A DNA stretch of 64,000 nt from Rhynchopus sp. YZ270_cl-10 (lineage: Eukaryota): NCBI GenBank assembly GCA_964035575.1, contig OZ037836.1:682001-746000 (forward strand). The letters run 5' to 3'. The position numbers and the translations under genes are program-made. Within the stretch, counting starts at the first letter, position 1, and the number at the start of each line of letters is the position of its first letter. A model generated the notes under the pieces. It made no database searches. It saw only the letters and a list, made by a program, of their open reading frames with translations, and was not told where the DNA came from. Below, piece after piece: positions 24,801 through 29,818 of the stretch.

Positions 24801-24965
24801 CTTGTTTTCATTCCACGAGCAAGAAAAAACCCCAGAGAGAGGAGGTTTCTCCTTCAAACATCCCCCCTCGGTTTTTAAACTCTCGCACGTTATCAAGCCC
24901 CCCTGTTCGTTTCTACGAACATAGCAATTGATCGCCACCGAAAGGCACGCAAGCAGCGGCAACAT
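891..24965 (-). CDS. Giant (8024 aa) secreted multidomain protein: signal peptide, His-Me/non-specific endonuclease-like domain, bacterial-type giant adhesin body, Calx-beta-like repeats, many RTX-like Ca-binding GGxGxD repeats, inserted CUB domain
   Basis: Uninterrupted 24-kb ORF with ATG at 24963-24965 and hydrophobic N-terminus (MLPLLACLSVAINC). Dozens of GGxGxD/D-x-I-x-G-x-x-G-x-D repeats (~1400-7200, 8200-11800). VSPNTIIFTAQNW...DHALEG Calx-beta-like units (~8750-9800). EWLH..GHSLAG...NLMLGT..TN motif at ~23195-23300. Confidence 0.93.
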   Translation of the reverse strand: MLPLLACLSVAINCYVRRNEQGGLITCESLKTEGGCLKEKPPLSGVFSCSWNENKKECTPSVCARSHKEGKWSQGPTNAFTIKHPKTSCFEQTKDSVGVCIAPKSMKGGSAEENAALYKDDVKTYIDDINTLSKTLIPTDDRDTFHEYNKVLITRFDFGYGHHEIPKGTRVTFTLESDVLAIHLHDNFSIKVGSKDLESGGLIFETVTLLKAMSRAEFKKHIQIEFTAGGRYDEARTFKAEWVQDNEVISALHDVEPRGYDFEKMFTTDDPDRFMTYVFPEVSNTIYFKTNDYFISLKALAALAKKKIANEPLDPPTTLKDMRKDEEPVMFWNPDGVYDIPFIGKVKAAPIVDKKFVDKVLTLPDAAYEQIITTFPEDVPASASSGGFSYNPFGRFASDAVIWVYLKIATDQQDKFKNDMKKRIEDAGYSNQLVEYLTEPQANQHPWVLVFTGQEFSIYQKNVVTDRYKAAPFNDEEDEDEMNFKTNVQQCKDIVTKLHSIVKVTKDRNKYVKTLEYNLDGKKGAKRIDTHKTMGGYSAKDVAEACSKNGAALNQKYEWLHRVGHSLAGRPTDNPNNLMLGTSHTNSHMITFETLLSQGYKNIVGPNRELVTKLWEGGARFAPKTLMYTIEAHTRVIAKQRFELMGTLRPAVMLNVYVHIYFKHLYEPKKTKHREAAVLSTDATDLETALGLKALTGLTAADRDTFASEYTAMLQLFPEMDTTFAAAEAKTGAAVATLASGNDVALTLHALVVGEYYFAVFRAQQGTAPLLPVLGGLTFEDQRLLVLHDTEGTAEVHISCTVGLGDVFTFVPELVSHVGGFAAPFAVTAVVPTWHSLNSLNFDAYLRFRAPLPLPSAVLLSSAGGVTLMLDSVTIGVGVFTAGTTKDVSPFFEAEGRLKWGTSAADEVALSVYGGAYAGGGGYFGAVVENWVHPFGIDVTVTQASLQFDLPLTEAQMHVSLDLCDISLSGVYSTTDGVALRGEATCDMQLADVAAWFEAQTGTTGLSIPSEMPDMTITSFGMSVCPPDGYVFAAGYSCSPGVQLWGTAVTPDGATIEVRASVDGGRLDFMVTVADFVVTDAIVLEKAHLGFSLGGGVPAAVTLSGALALSSVSLWLEGEYEAGSIFLKVGLDGVTLADVVALGAELPGGSLFSVPDVTLPNLELSVCTFKADARCKKGVSVRWVRSPVSPGSGSPNAESCTNVAVRYQQNIKEGVAAVNSALAGVKARMLSQKFTLVASAADLSFMNEPLDEMIGFTEGLSDQFDDLNDLTMADLTASLPNGISVGCQVDTTAFNLFLTVAVSATGNVSETVDLSELPAADLEALGLTFSDASVSLSGSVSVAGTISITVNPAGPVVSVSGLSAEVTATGAVATTVDWKDAGSVGIAGSVSVGMTVPVTFPTSTSLSDFVAKLGEVRIGSLTGELSASLAVAVAVDAVPVGQLPTPVLMVYDNNVFDAVPPVVTVDADITPMESTIVELLRQLGSFDIDLGALGLSGLELPNVDVSALVGGVPDMLKLAPVAEQYFLLFADEEASVDGSSFPTFSGLVTFLKENPAVPQAATSVSASGVNMTGGWFPEAGEVALNIRMELGSTLASESFGGSISSVLGDMQALTAVFDLIGATAPEQSLAVPDFSADVSFSGDVVLDFTVGLKTEFINNGDLTGSALAGNAFLRVNDLSAEVKVAVDPINFEADLLLSQFVVRDGSFEVALGLRADFSAAAAEEVPGAAVSASTVEAVTEITVLELLSGGSTAMLDFVKQLNLEVYATLDAVVPVELTAGFAGKDVSLSPIVELHDADLLSGGLPPFSLDIDLNFLVSSQPAGDGGKGDSGNELDSVTGALTDMLEGISGISLDTASIPKISNLLSGLSGKVSFSTVLAEYLDLQVKFRELANGLGPDLVLETVGAEALVSNTAFNTDLLGRLQARFPTVFVNFTSGLTDSNTGEDFSVLDYLRFVQVEFGLAETVSSADVAFGKNELVWYLAVDVDYSLTKKNAWALLNLLELTGYTSDSAGYPVDSLLARFDPAAHLVPLQLKLGLTSLSTFNLGTLGSYVANSAPTLGVNVNFNKAIFDLLVVAYPDFATKYGNVTVGDLLPMNPLTGVVFDWRNYLTEVGGVLGLSPTASLDVSSVAALFGKRPTVMGFVRFLKSRLLNGMSTGLTIGGSGTSFSADLITTGGRWELAATLGLHFDTGALKPTEVVTALEDALSGLFDAIGQDSVVGSIGSIGNSLVQRLSGLDTFLSFSAAAQVAVEAGIDIKPLIDGTGSPQLFLRVQQFNMSISAAITDFTTPMDFGGSFDFTSIVNGEIMFSAVASGVNASNPLVLLDTSAGVDDFTITPLTDAIRLGGSLVAEVELAGGPLDSSLFLGVEDLALFDSTAPKFTVDAEIPSKMMQVVRDGLVAMGDVGRDVNGFDALTTTLPLMNRTLNDVLKTGETGPNWGDFLIWDKVLDQLLADPAYAGCLDGSTSCPRARETVQMFTEGMANLTQGSFTSDTGDNGNGAPAAFVNGGMVGKEFQLAFGLNGNLEVLVTPPLSELIDDDDIDFTGTGVLAVRINFGFEFEVKVDTTNGATSVTTDDIKLCLNNFTMGLTIGADVSATASIGILSASVSDGTGVLAAHFEGSMNSGAPLKLSEVTKENFAFTKSATLDACLPFSAAVGSQDLGELAGATGAEKPQVCVNDSNLFDSTAPTVQTLYMDRFMDFRGLSPIQIMGIVRGLINVVQEYRESPVFDLALPFTDIDVGDMLDFADTLTAALSKKMVKVQDAGDRTTLELCLEGDALPTGWNVPETKESKAFRTSVSSKVMSLVLNEELEVEVALDTDVLAAAANVSMIAVHLNEKLYKAGLGQSAVASVAEDGTDALQLCTKASIKATDLRVQVKQKQTGNSAYTESDEAVAATTLLGFTSGDIKEAPRVAAFSSIPELVVVLAEAAGVPPELLSYTYGPSAADPSQYELLFALKLEVALPTPMTSLLLGAEVEPLFSVNASAEIALTTDVEIAFEIGARMGSSAGNLSVTANIPAAQQFANFTLASEQSFNLSLDRVLYTVVLRPADSFYDELVHQLGVLNATLGGAKQVWVRNYQNTTFLIQTLGVRRLEVTTSAEFEALTGLASDKAKALLFAPVVRNLAFTADMMLTVSEINLAATLAVLEAEAYGGSGYIGVTAIAAFGTSGTAMLLGDLRDAIIEDPFSQIAANATVSAELDVEVSVGIPSLGSVSGTVGVVMNPPFFVELKENFSLPNASTDFEVTIVGADLPDFKNLTLAEIVALVADGVDLIFGNTAADPPVEGLLSDLPLLEEEIPLISFTPRTMVTQVQTVLATLEVLLANETGSVERIELLIEEALGLPAQDGCTGSCLVGFTFADSKLLLEVNFEASPTLPQLSFDINLKEMMGWAGISIDNDLEELLGEFIDLEAQLAFALSGGASVTLQLGVDLSSRPYRMFVGGGTALQVNVLANATGSLTLTLGPVDFGVEDGFVSVTNGTDHHAAYLRYGLTEGQNYYLDEGFSNIVQSFSLTSAGMLRAELPITGIDTMVVEIPRLVDFLSKNESNGKVVVFPGPNINSILSSIASPLKDLNPIAAILKDKKALLKGVDGMFTKIDFAITAADGVLGSMNVPIVKNKIREVIQEDFIGKFQTQLRGELESALSQVSEDSSMAQILRDTMDEFFSDLGILKGDIPIVIRKKDGTVLPALEADGSLISGFPLSEADAVEWDVTLGKDILFAAPFDFDLALDELPLKLAAEGGVQLLVGWAFKLFFGMSVSRGFYLNVQETEMAVYASLKLPGLKATGDLFILEASVTNRDDTTVLLGQVAVDIGDVDGDGYLTFKEIKSGGASLVRANAAFEVVVGMDLSLGLSSSEGLPRFTTSLYTYYGATWEQKAKKGTAAGDTLALGTAKETVPDQGPAPGTLLMVDVGLDLGEFVTNILRPIFTKLNGFLGPFRPILEKLQKPLPVVSDLAGRDVSLLELPEILLNGLLGSGAPVRGSVKNVLAYLSAIVQVIDLTLAVVAVIEELETWQGNLKISFGNWQINKDGFSRYTGALPAGYTTTGRYAEVQDDKKPLSSASSTGSSKMKKLMSTLTDPDAIFNLPFLSPLGVMGLITGKDVDLFVVQTPVMEIDVTIDFWFPVAAGIIVVDFYGSFQFRARVSMGYDTSGIRRAIAKGKPELALDGFFLSDTDIPTGTGGVDIPELYSAGTVRVGATLNLLLAKLSGSGKLSFTGSIDLYDPNDDGKIRFSEIKSIVEAGSFLDIFNIKIKMCASASFSVKLFNPFVNWKCKWYGCWPRGRWESVYRFSVSKCFLELDTTPPALPILATVGSNTLQLNMGPRAARRVTGDTADKGEYFTIRYVNGAAGSEEVEVLFGVPPASGQDDNRQVQEFTDFLSYSGSGGKFSDTILVENPVSRGVFDGGDDSGYDRLILDFSGVTTDLPAGTLSDGKITGFGMSGTGIQYSNFEEVTIYLNGQANLVTITGSTAGTKLSLYLNGGNDKVVVTTGAAMAGDVNVVGGNGQDTLYVHSSVGGAGMLYSTRVLLPWMSGKLTFSTIDVLRVTLTSGVDTFVVDSTPAGASVEVQGAGGADTITVGSGSLSDIVSPVKVSGSNVATLVLDDSMDTATGNVGELTATRVTGLGMSADGVVYSACVKVEVKLPMQQPSTFTISGTHSGETVLTGGTKDDTLTVSGVSGETWVNAGGGEDNMTVPVTTEGDVVLNRISQLLHLDGQNGNDAYSIGFSGTGQSRIQLSDSGYTNNNGAEVNVLVVSGTAADDTFLFRKNFIALMHSDRSEAERLDIDRTINGGITVNGLAGDDSFITDGTVGTVTQNGGAGNDRFLIGQLYNSLRVEGSMSIPEDAFDTTETTEGFLSDGNGEQMTCNGESGEDTFVVMRNLGPLSLRGGVDNDRFTVRAFALANAVEPDPALKKTDVATNEGDDVVFYTINANVAIDGGPGFDTLVAIGTNEEDTFVITKDGIYGAGLHITFVGIESVELNTQAGDDTIYVMSTAAHVQTNVFGGLGSDVVYITPRYSVPVSSNDLRGHNGIVEHAISSATDSSYDGLEAHGVTAYITDTDVASIAVMVPTEIQLVEGSSGELTGEYQLLMAHRINGSGANDSVTVTIPNPAAPSEIPGAASVTVSPNTIIFTAQNWYVPRTVVVTVVQDHALEGNEVVQVGHTVVQLSNRDGYDTLKIPTVPVRIIDADQAELYILETPDTTTGMRVSESGLGEVGTSVEYEVLLRPCVAKARPQDVDIAVRYDAAQVVVEPATFSFSAESANPCRQTVRVTAVNDMLVEGFHFAALNHEVTVAASNTFFRSASLAANAVNVEILDNDAPALVVLETQGKTELFESRLDAYYVYLTKAPVGAVTVDVNVVASQVWGKSSLTRKQVVVSPSSIVFDVWNYTESVMVFVQGIEDGIIDQGDTTQQFASQPALAYQIQGPLTVGGGEADGAVTTLKAVMYPGEVDIDAYPVQVNPWLTVREEQQVDRLVVENTGGFLSSTVTLTEGRITGMGMGESRMLAGTTVLGGVTYTSMEVVVVNLGPAKDDVVVNGTHLGATYVNAGKDDDTFTVLAAHGPVVLNGSSGNDTFTFGAGDGLLGGIKDMVVAYGGEGTDWMWVNNTQGNTFGDAGFLTRSELTGLGMYATRDSSSVIVQVVAVRGTSGSFTLSFNVGSVAHSLTFAVGTSAETMEADLQAAVFPVADCGTAGIGPCAQSFAVDRLPWGYVVRYVGELAVEGTAGAMVLDTTNVVGAEEELLDFVRIDSRPMRAGVLYVGVESVDIDLATDLADTLNIRGTSVPTVVRSHAGDDTFVVGSDALVLNNAAATTVQKVEGRLDYVEALLTLDGGSSGRTRLLVSDSVATTGKPAVALTAGLITGLAPADIVYTGADYSRGVTLWLSPHADTVVVSSTYGSEANVSVAEDVRTITQLFTGAGADNVTVALADKVNGFFVVGTEAGNDVVDASTSTLPLVIVGGFDDDTILAGLGDDIIFGDTGNVILGGKDTVGVPEESTAAQSGVLSLRSSAFTDHCAAGGNDTITAVGIASYLVFGGDGNDTITTDEGADVVFADYGYAAFTHGDLTRAVSACSSAGGADVVETAAGHDVVFGGNGVDTVNTAAGADVVVGDHGSVVFAYPGAVRLVTSVATAIRDAGEGDLIYAGDDADIVLGGAGADTVYAGKGDDVVFGDAGVYTALVAGDFSFASSETDMEEATGTGDVLFGERGDDILVGGQGVDTLWGGDGSDWLFGDHAGGSVTPSISTEVTAFTTTTLAGGDDVLHGEGGHDVVMGGHADDEIFGADGSDVLFGDYGSYTANATHAVAVSTNASVVPGANTIAGEGDADYIFGGSGVDNVTGGDGDDWVFGDHGIVNIAWGTQNGTTLDDISFWNDNDGETSRARAGHVAPMLFALDMTTTVRVANSTDVQYGAADVIDTHAGADYVFGGQGADEITTAAGADVVFGDHGAINLTVTGAVYESTATEAAENGGADTIDTGADDDYVFGGQVGDVVHTQGGGDTVFGDFGRITVAAGGLPIVEVSISAEHGGDDVVTTGDGEDHVFGGAGADSVHSGEDADVVFGDHGTWYSVAKGDVVLESLFTEAEFNGGDDDIVAGSGNDIVLGGQGDDNITGNAGDDWLLGDQGRVVLRKEQTITSTVETSGGDDTISGDEGADYIMGGVGADTLFGGADEDFIFGDSGHIAQARDATYGTRTFTTIFVESEFGGDDTIAAGTEDDFVMGQQGADTISGGDGMDMLFGDHAEAELRRADHEILWARTTAPVVGRGGDDTIFGENGEDYLFGGTASDTLHGGDDEDVILGDHALFNGSFRVLHQYRSIFTQAGDAGANDTIHGGKGDDMILGQQGGDVIFGDEGEDDITGGHDVLDGVDGDDVIHGGSEADVVLGDNGLIDRALYVPRAEAVPVPLTPSPVVRPLFCDDYVLLADQMGAVNHPQPDSSSSSNSDSDSDSDSRTHTRDHGEAQYGPNENKCWVTGCIGDSVHIEWSRFATERRYDTVSLYTVASNGSLALEWELSGWDLPESSTYTQDVLVRFASDGYTHDLGFELTYACSAPTPVPSTAVPAAHPQMYASPPPYVNDLQWQRYPGAARYADVVRLVQRYDDVDLVAGNDTILGDGGDDILHGQRGNDVMDGGDGEDEVFGEHGSDVLRGGAGADVVLGDMGHVVRAFTEDGEPRVNTKTGAWHRNVVLEEQAMLTHQWVDTWRDAHFTPEEATALLDADLLLALGGYERDGETKKFEFESTRRPWRTALAGLRLLESGNDEIHGDAGDDVLIGQRGDDVMDGGDGDDFVYGDTVSSVYHYDSCLPLVTTVVRVLRAARDEEAWKVDLPFYGAVTNIPMWIAPEQTSRASVLRPVDDAALGTLVPEDMMMMLDAVAAGDLELVAADAVVRPFAAIVPDVLRHAQEVSGNDDLSGGAGNDVVVGDAAFHHALLNLRVDALDEMRERTAARWGELQFRLARMSVDAGTFLADTDEAAVAALATAVHSGNDKLAGGNGSDTLAGDRLEAFTDVVYHEHFAYTGLKQTVKELMLTYADYETVAVDVGMALFEAHHSVIQELYANRRGGKVAPVVQLFLSNDELDGGAGDDVVVGDSLLLMAKGLFLNHTHDSNYFTQVGKNSASKSKDDEDEFKELLETLKETLAMHVKRDFWASDAIDGRNLKKRWEWNSLPYTKWGCDTIEGGDGKDSLLGDYGLVVVATFEGAPFHPSAEYGLRGINTALNEHLDFVEKVIEDRVTRPALKSRAQELGDVSFDASLKGLSFYHNKGRGVYGHDEPESASQSDEMHGGDGEDMLSGSNGVAVVPMWRQTNSLVSDPIVRPRRSFFSVLDSDHWKRMEAYEKRDRSFDEDKLTGGADRDVFLVQNLKEDSVQDREHWVDSIYYRPAFAYIGDILRAAYVGAFHGTCLNELSLDGVLATKAIHKFLDLPVAGWHGVFGVVWSHDQLVEPVYYLRNQHHVHLCNKDHDGHTHTDDAPTPTPEKSDKTSDCQKQAQDSWEAFCECRRAPDHTHSDSEPKSYSKSDSRGKR

Positions 24966-25025
24966 GAGTGCACAGCACTCTACTCGTATGTGTTGTCTTG
25001 CAAAAGTGTTTCACAATATCGTGAC

Positions 25026-25085
25026 CTGTATGCAAAAGGGGTTTGTTGTGAGGCAGGAGAAGAGCTGGAAAGGGAAGAGGGGAAA
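25026..25085 (-). promoter_or_regulatory. Putative (trans-)splice acceptor with polypyrimidine tract for the giant gene
   Basis: Minus strand reads cccctcttccctttccagctcttctcc...ccccttttgcataCAG|gtcac, 60 nt upstream of the ATG. Function inferred from euglenozoan SL trans-splicing. Confidence 0.45.
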
Positions 25086-25161
25086 GATGTCAATAAAATA
25101 TAAATATTCCTTTTACAGCATCTTCCACGGCACGCCTAAAGTCCTCATCAACGCAAGCAAA

Positions 25162-25640
25162 CTGTTTCCTGTTGCGGTGTGGAGGACGGAACTGCAATCA
25201 GAAGGACAGCACAAAAAAGGCAGATCAACTTTTTTTTTTCCAATCATCATTCTTCAACACAAAGAGGAAGTCTACGTCCCTTAGGTGCCTGGAGCTGAAC
25301 AGAAAAGGCACCATCAGGGACACAACACCGTGCCAGTCCAAACAGGCCAAGAAGTGTTGGTACACGACTCGGCAGAGCTAAACAAAAAATAAGGACTAGC
25401 AAACAGTGCGAAAGTAAACAGAAGCAAGAAACAAATACGTTAAGGTTTGGATATCTACACCTCGTCAGGATGCAGGCACAGAAGAAACGATAAAGACAGG
25501 GCTTTGCACAGGAGGGCAACCACACCATTCCAAAAAGTTCCATGGTATACAGAAGAGCTTAACTAAGAAGTAGGGGGGTTTCCCACAACACCCATCGTCT
25601 TATCTTAGGAAATGCTTTATCTAAGGTCATAGTGAAAAAC
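25162..25640. repeat. Segmental duplicate of 29853-30322 (upstream module of the surface-protein gene)
   Basis: Long near-identical stretch (gaacagaaaaggcaccatcagggacacaacacc...cgtcttatcttaggaaatg); ORF track gives the same spurious translations at both loci. Confidence 0.9.
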
Positions 25641-25743
25641 TACCCGAGATCTTACTTCCTCAAAAAAAATAATAGATCTTTCCTAAGATTTTAAACAGGG
25701 GGGTTTTCACCCAGATCTGAGGTAAGATCTTCTGTATACCATG
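25541..25743. mobile_element. MITE-like element with CATGGTATACAGAAGA TIRs
   Basis: catggtatacagaaga at 25541 and tcttctgtataccatg ending 25743. Longer relative at 55294-55820 and a left end at ~30226. No clear TSD. Confidence 0.7.
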
Positions 25744-25854
25744 CAGTTATCTTTTATTTCCCAACCGAACAAAAATGATAAAGCGTGAAGACAATAAAAG
25801 CAAAGAAGAGTAAAATGAGGTTCTTGGGGGGGAGAATAACAACAGTTCCTTTTA

Positions 25855-26180
25855 TTTTCCCTTCCTTCAAAACTTCACACACAACGCTTTTGGTTTTTGG
25901 GAGACACACAAAGGTGCCAGGTTCTATGATAAGCACGGAACCACCCTGCACCTGTCATGTTGTTTCCCGTGCAATATGGAGAAACGTTTCGCACTCGAAA
26001 CTAGGGAAAGCTTTTTGATTAAAAAATGAACGAAGCACAAAAACCAGCGCGTGTGGAAGAAAGAAGAAAAGGGAAGATATTTTTTCTGATTCAAAGTGGT
26101 GTTTATGTTTTGGGTACGGGGCGGAGAATAAAATTTGTTCGAAAAAGAAACGCAAACTTTTTGCTTTATCTTGTTCAAAG
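25855..26180. repeat. Dispersed repeat family A copy
   Basis: Colinear match to 310-645. Confidence 0.85.
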
Positions 26181-28435
26181 AAAAGCTCCTGCGTCGGCTT
26201 CCTTTAAAAAATAATAAAACCTACATCCTCGAAACTTTTCTACACAAATGATTTCATTGAACGCATCCCCTACTCCAATTCAATTCAACACAACTGTAGC
26301 TTATTCCCTCTCGATCCCGTACTTAACCTCGTACTATCAAGAGCACAAAGGCCGAAGGACATAGAGTAAGGAAAGCTTTTAACTACAGGGAGGTGTGCGT
26401 CATTTAGCTGTTACTGTGTGCTGTAAGCTGTATTAAGTTGCCAGGAAAGAATAGGCATAACGGTGTAATATAGGTTGCCAACAGTGCACCACTCGGTCGC
26501 ACTGAGCACTACAATAAATTAAAAGCAACATCAGTACGCCATCCGACCGCACAGTAGCCCACGTCCCCGAATGGCCACCCAGCCATCGTGTGCAGCGTGG
26601 GTGTCGACGGAGGAAAGGGCCACCTCATATGTTATTAAAGTCTTAAAGTGCGTCGAAAAAATATTAAATTGCGCTGTAAAGCTGCGGTTATCTTATTGCC
26701 AGTAAAGAAAAGGCCTAAGGGTGTAATGTAGTGTACAACAGTGACCTGCACTGGCAACACTGAGCGTTGATGTGTAATCAAAAATCAAGCCCAGTGTAAC
26801 AATAAGTTATTTCGATCGCACTTTAAACGGTGGATACTACTTCTCATTCCTGAATGGCCACCCAGCTAATTCCACTGGCGTGTCGACAGAAAAAATTTGA
26901 GAGGCTGTATTCACACCGGAGGTAAGCACCTTTTGTCGTTACTCTTGTGTCTGCCTTGGAGGATTTTAATAGGCATGGTCATGACAGTAAGACAAAGCTG
27001 CGGGGCGACGTATGGCACTAAACTCAACTCGTAACCTTTTCGTTTATCAGACTGCACCTGTTAGTCTTAAGCGCTGCAAACCGTGCTCGATAAAAGATAG
27101 ACACAGTTGCAACGTAACGTGAAGTTGTTGTAGACAACAATGCGCCCGAGGGTCGCAGGTTGCTAGTATAAAGGATAAGAGGACGACAGTACAGAATAGT
27201 CGCTAATATGTGTAAACTTAAGACCTCACAGGACGACTTCAAGCGGCGAAAGGTGCGCTAAAATAGGAAGAAGTATTGAAAGATGATCCCAAGCCTCACG
27301 TGCCTAGTCACATCTAGAAGTAAAAATAAAAAATGGAGAAGAATTTCGCTTCAACCATTTTTTTTTTTTTTTTTTTTTCTAATTATTTATTTGAAACGCA
27401 GAGTTTGTTTTGGCCCCGTCTGTGAGTGTTGGTTGAATTGGAGTCGGGGAGCACAGGTTGGGGAGGAAAGAGAGAGAGGAAACAAATACAAGACTATCGA
27501 ATTATACACACGAATTCATCCTTCGATTCCAAAAAGGTCCGATCCTTACAGTTTGTATTATTTCCTAACAACCACTCCGTTGCACTGCGTTACGCTGCGT
27601 TACACTGCGTTGTTGTCTGCAAAAAAAACAATACTACTGGTGTGGCCGACGACCCCAAAATAGCAGAAAGTAGCACAAAAATAGCACCCTTTTTCAGTCA
27701 CACCAACTACAGTGTCAATAACTATCTTCACCCACACACAGGAACACGGGGAAACGAAACAGGGGAGAGTTTGTTAGTTGCACGCTTCCACCATTGTTAA
27801 CAAGGAATGATATGGGATACAAGATGTCTCTCGTGCACACACACCTCACAGCAGCACACACATCACAAGGAAAAATAATAGAAAAAAGCCTATAAGATGA
27901 CCCTAAGCCTCTCGTGCTTAGTCTTATCACATTCGTTATCGCGGAGCAACAGCTGCGCTGGTAAATACTAAAACGTACATTCTCGAACTTTTCTCCCGAC
28001 GTGATTTTCATTGGACGCATCCTCAAGACAACGAATGATGTATTATTATTGGTGTTAACTTATTAGGCTGTATTTCACGTACAGGTGGAAACAGCCCGAG
28101 GGGGAAGCATTTTCCCCAAGTGCCGTGAAAGGAAAGCGTGAAATAAAGTAGCCAAAAAATACAGGAAAATAAATTTCACGCACCCCTGGAAAAAAAATTG
28201 TTAGCCTAATAGGGCGTGAAACGCAGTGTCGCAAGCGTAGATAAAAACGAAAAACTAAATGTGGAAAGGGAGATAAACTTGTGGAGGATGCAAAACACCC
28301 TCTGCCGAGTGTTGGAACAGGCGCATGGACTGCGTTTAAATGACACAAACGACAGGGCGGGATTCAAAATGCTGAATCCGAGCCACGGCCGGTTGGGAAA
28401 GCGGGTGCACTAAAACGCTGCCACTACGCACTTCT

Positions 28436-29818
28436 CTATTCCTCGGTCAGGACTGTTTCCTCAGTAGGGCTTGCTGTGGGCATCTCTGCCCACATGCTGT
28501 TCCTCTTGACGTCGTTGGAGACCAGAAAGACGTACTTCGTCGGGTTCGTTGCTGTGGTGTCTTTGCTCTGCTTGGAGCGTTCGAGGCAGAGTAGCGCAAG
28601 GACAGCGAGAAGGCAACCGCACACGAGCGAGCCTGCGACTGTGAGCATGACCACGTTGTCCACAGGGTTGCGCTGTGTGAAGGTGATCTGCACAGACTCC
28701 TTGAACTTGTAATATACCGTATTCTTCCAAGATGTGGCATTTGCAGTCGACAACACATACAGATCCATCTCGCCCATCAGACACTCAAGCGTAACGTACA
28801 CGTAACCCTCCACTGTCACCATATTTGAAATGTGAACGCCACGTGGGTTCCATCGCCCGTACACTGCACTCAAAATTCGATCCTGCAACACTGACAGCCC
28901 AAAGGTTGTGCACTGCGGTGCGGTTGCGCTAACCGAGGAGCAGTAGAACACTGCAATGGTCCCATCCGCGAGAATGCTCAGCTGGTAGTTGACGTCTGTG
29001 GGGGCGGCAGAGTGGGTCGAGTTTTGTGACTTTGTGATCGTGCTGCTGATGTTTGCGACGTAACAACTGGCCACTCCGTAAGGCTTGCCCCCACCCTCAT
29101 AGACTCGCTGGTAGATGGCAGCGAACACATCATGATTGATGTCCCACGAATTTCCGCCGTTCATCGGGATAACCCCAATAGTATTCAAATTCGAATACAA
29201 AACAGTTGACAAGTAATAGACATGAACATTCTCCTGCACACCATCGAGCTACACGACGTGGACTGCAATGTGCACACCACCGTGAGTACCACTGCACTTC
29301 ACACCCACAATCTGCGCAACCGCGAAGTGTGACGCTGACATGCGTGTCGGGTCCTCCGGTGACGCAACGTCAACGACGAACAGCGCAGTGCCCACCCCAA
29401 CAAAAAGCATCCCAGGATGGTGTGCGATGAAAACCTCGCCACCACTGCCCGCACCGACGTCGAAGTACCTTGGGGCATCGTGCACCAACACCACCAAGGC
29501 AGACACAGCTGTGTCGTACACAGTCAGCGAGTACACATCGCTTTCGGTTTCACCCACACAGAAGACAAACGTGTCCGTCACCCCACTGGCACATTGTTGT
29601 GCATATCCACTCCTGAACTGCCCTTGAGGCACAAAGCCGGAACCACTGTACGTGTAAGCAACGTTCGAGGCGTTCCCTTCCTTTGTGGTGTTCCCATCAC
29701 CCGGGGTGGCAACAACAGTATAAGGGAATGCATCTGGTGTGCACCCCACCGGCAGCCCCTGCGACAGCACTGCTGCAGCAAAGAAGAGGACACTCTCTCT
29801 CCGGTGCGGCCACGACAT
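28436..29818 (-). pseudogene. Single-pass surface protein paralog 1 with in-frame TAG at 29249-29251
   Basis: Colinear with 38187-39548; GAG (Glu) in the paralog is TAG here, and the frame continues after the stop. Could also be a base-call error. Confidence 0.8.
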
